A stretch of DNA of 64,000 nt from the NCBI GenBank assembly GCA_047967505.1, contig CM106538.1. One strand, 5' to 3'. Below are positions 63,379-64,000 of this stretch, piece by piece. Origin of the DNA: Dipteris shenzhenensis (lineage: Eukaryota). The position numbers were made by a program, and so were the translations under genes. How positions within the stretch are numbered: the stretch's first letter is position 1; every line of letters starts with the position of its first letter. The notes under the pieces are model-generated. The model saw only the letters and a program-made list of their open reading frames with translations. It ran no database searches and was not told the DNA's origin.

Positions 63379-63715
63379 GGGATAGAGCTAAGGCATTGAC
63401 CCGATGGGATAGAGCTAAGGCACTGACTTGGCAGGATAGAGCTAAGGCACTGACTCGGCAAGATAGAGGTAAAGCACCAACCCGGCGGATATAGTTAAAC
63501 CACTAACCCGGCAAGATAGAGTTAACACACTGACCCAGTGGGATAGAGTTAACACACCGACTTGGAGGGATAGAGCTAAGGCACCAACTCGATAGGATAG
63601 AGCTATGGCATTGATCAACAAGATAGCAGGTCGGTGAGATGATCAATATGGCACCGGTTAGAGGGATAGAGCTATAGCACCGAGTAGAGGGATAGTAGGC
63701 TATAGCACCGAGTCA
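63379..63715. repeat. 27-bp minisatellite, ~12 copies, consensus GGGATAGAGCTAAGGCACTGACTCGGC
   Basis: About nine regular units followed by degenerate ones. Confidence 0.9.
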
Positions 63716-64000
63716 ACCCTCCTATCAAACCATATATTTTATGGGTGGGTTAGGTGGTTAACGTGTAAATAAGCAAGATAGGGATTAAGGCGATGAGTTG
63801 ACAAGATAGGAACTCACAGTTTTACTGACTGGATTTTGATGATTTTTTATGATTGTGAAGTTTTATTCAGGTATTTGTGTGATAGGGGGATGCTAAACTA
63901 CCTAGTCTACCTTCTCAATGTAAAAAACAACAACATTTGAATGGCAAATGGGGTGTTTTGCAAAAAGTGACAGTTTTGCCTTCCAAAACCACTTCAAGCA

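Noticed and set aside
63379-63715. CRISPR-like array
   Set aside because: The variable parts are short and related to one another rather than unique spacers; no cas genes; eukaryotic context.

Overview
Repeat-rich land-plant nuclear DNA, most likely a fern or related seed-free plant (inferred from the style of the PLS-PPR repeats and the transposon families; not proven). Three host genes are supported: an intronless secreted-type LysM protein (10640-11308, +), a large PLS-class E-type PPR protein (22379-25758, -; probably 3 exons) and a 4-exon C-terminally extended phytocystatin with a GC-AG intron (44384-45876, -). The rest is mostly transposon-derived. It includes a decayed Helitron-like element combining HUH-Rep, PIF1 helicase, a C-terminal AP-type endonuclease and a separate RPA70-like gene. 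It also includes a full-length Copia element with TSD whose two LTRs have non-homologous U3 blocks, two solo LTRs of that family, a truncated Copia, Gypsy, LINE, hAT and Sola-like remnants, MITEs and microsatellites. Two long fold-back inverted repeats (12592-13558 and 55067-55797) are candidate hairpin/small-RNA loci. No CRISPR array, rRNA or tRNA was seen. All coordinates, translations and counts were read by eye; boundaries of decayed elements are approximate.
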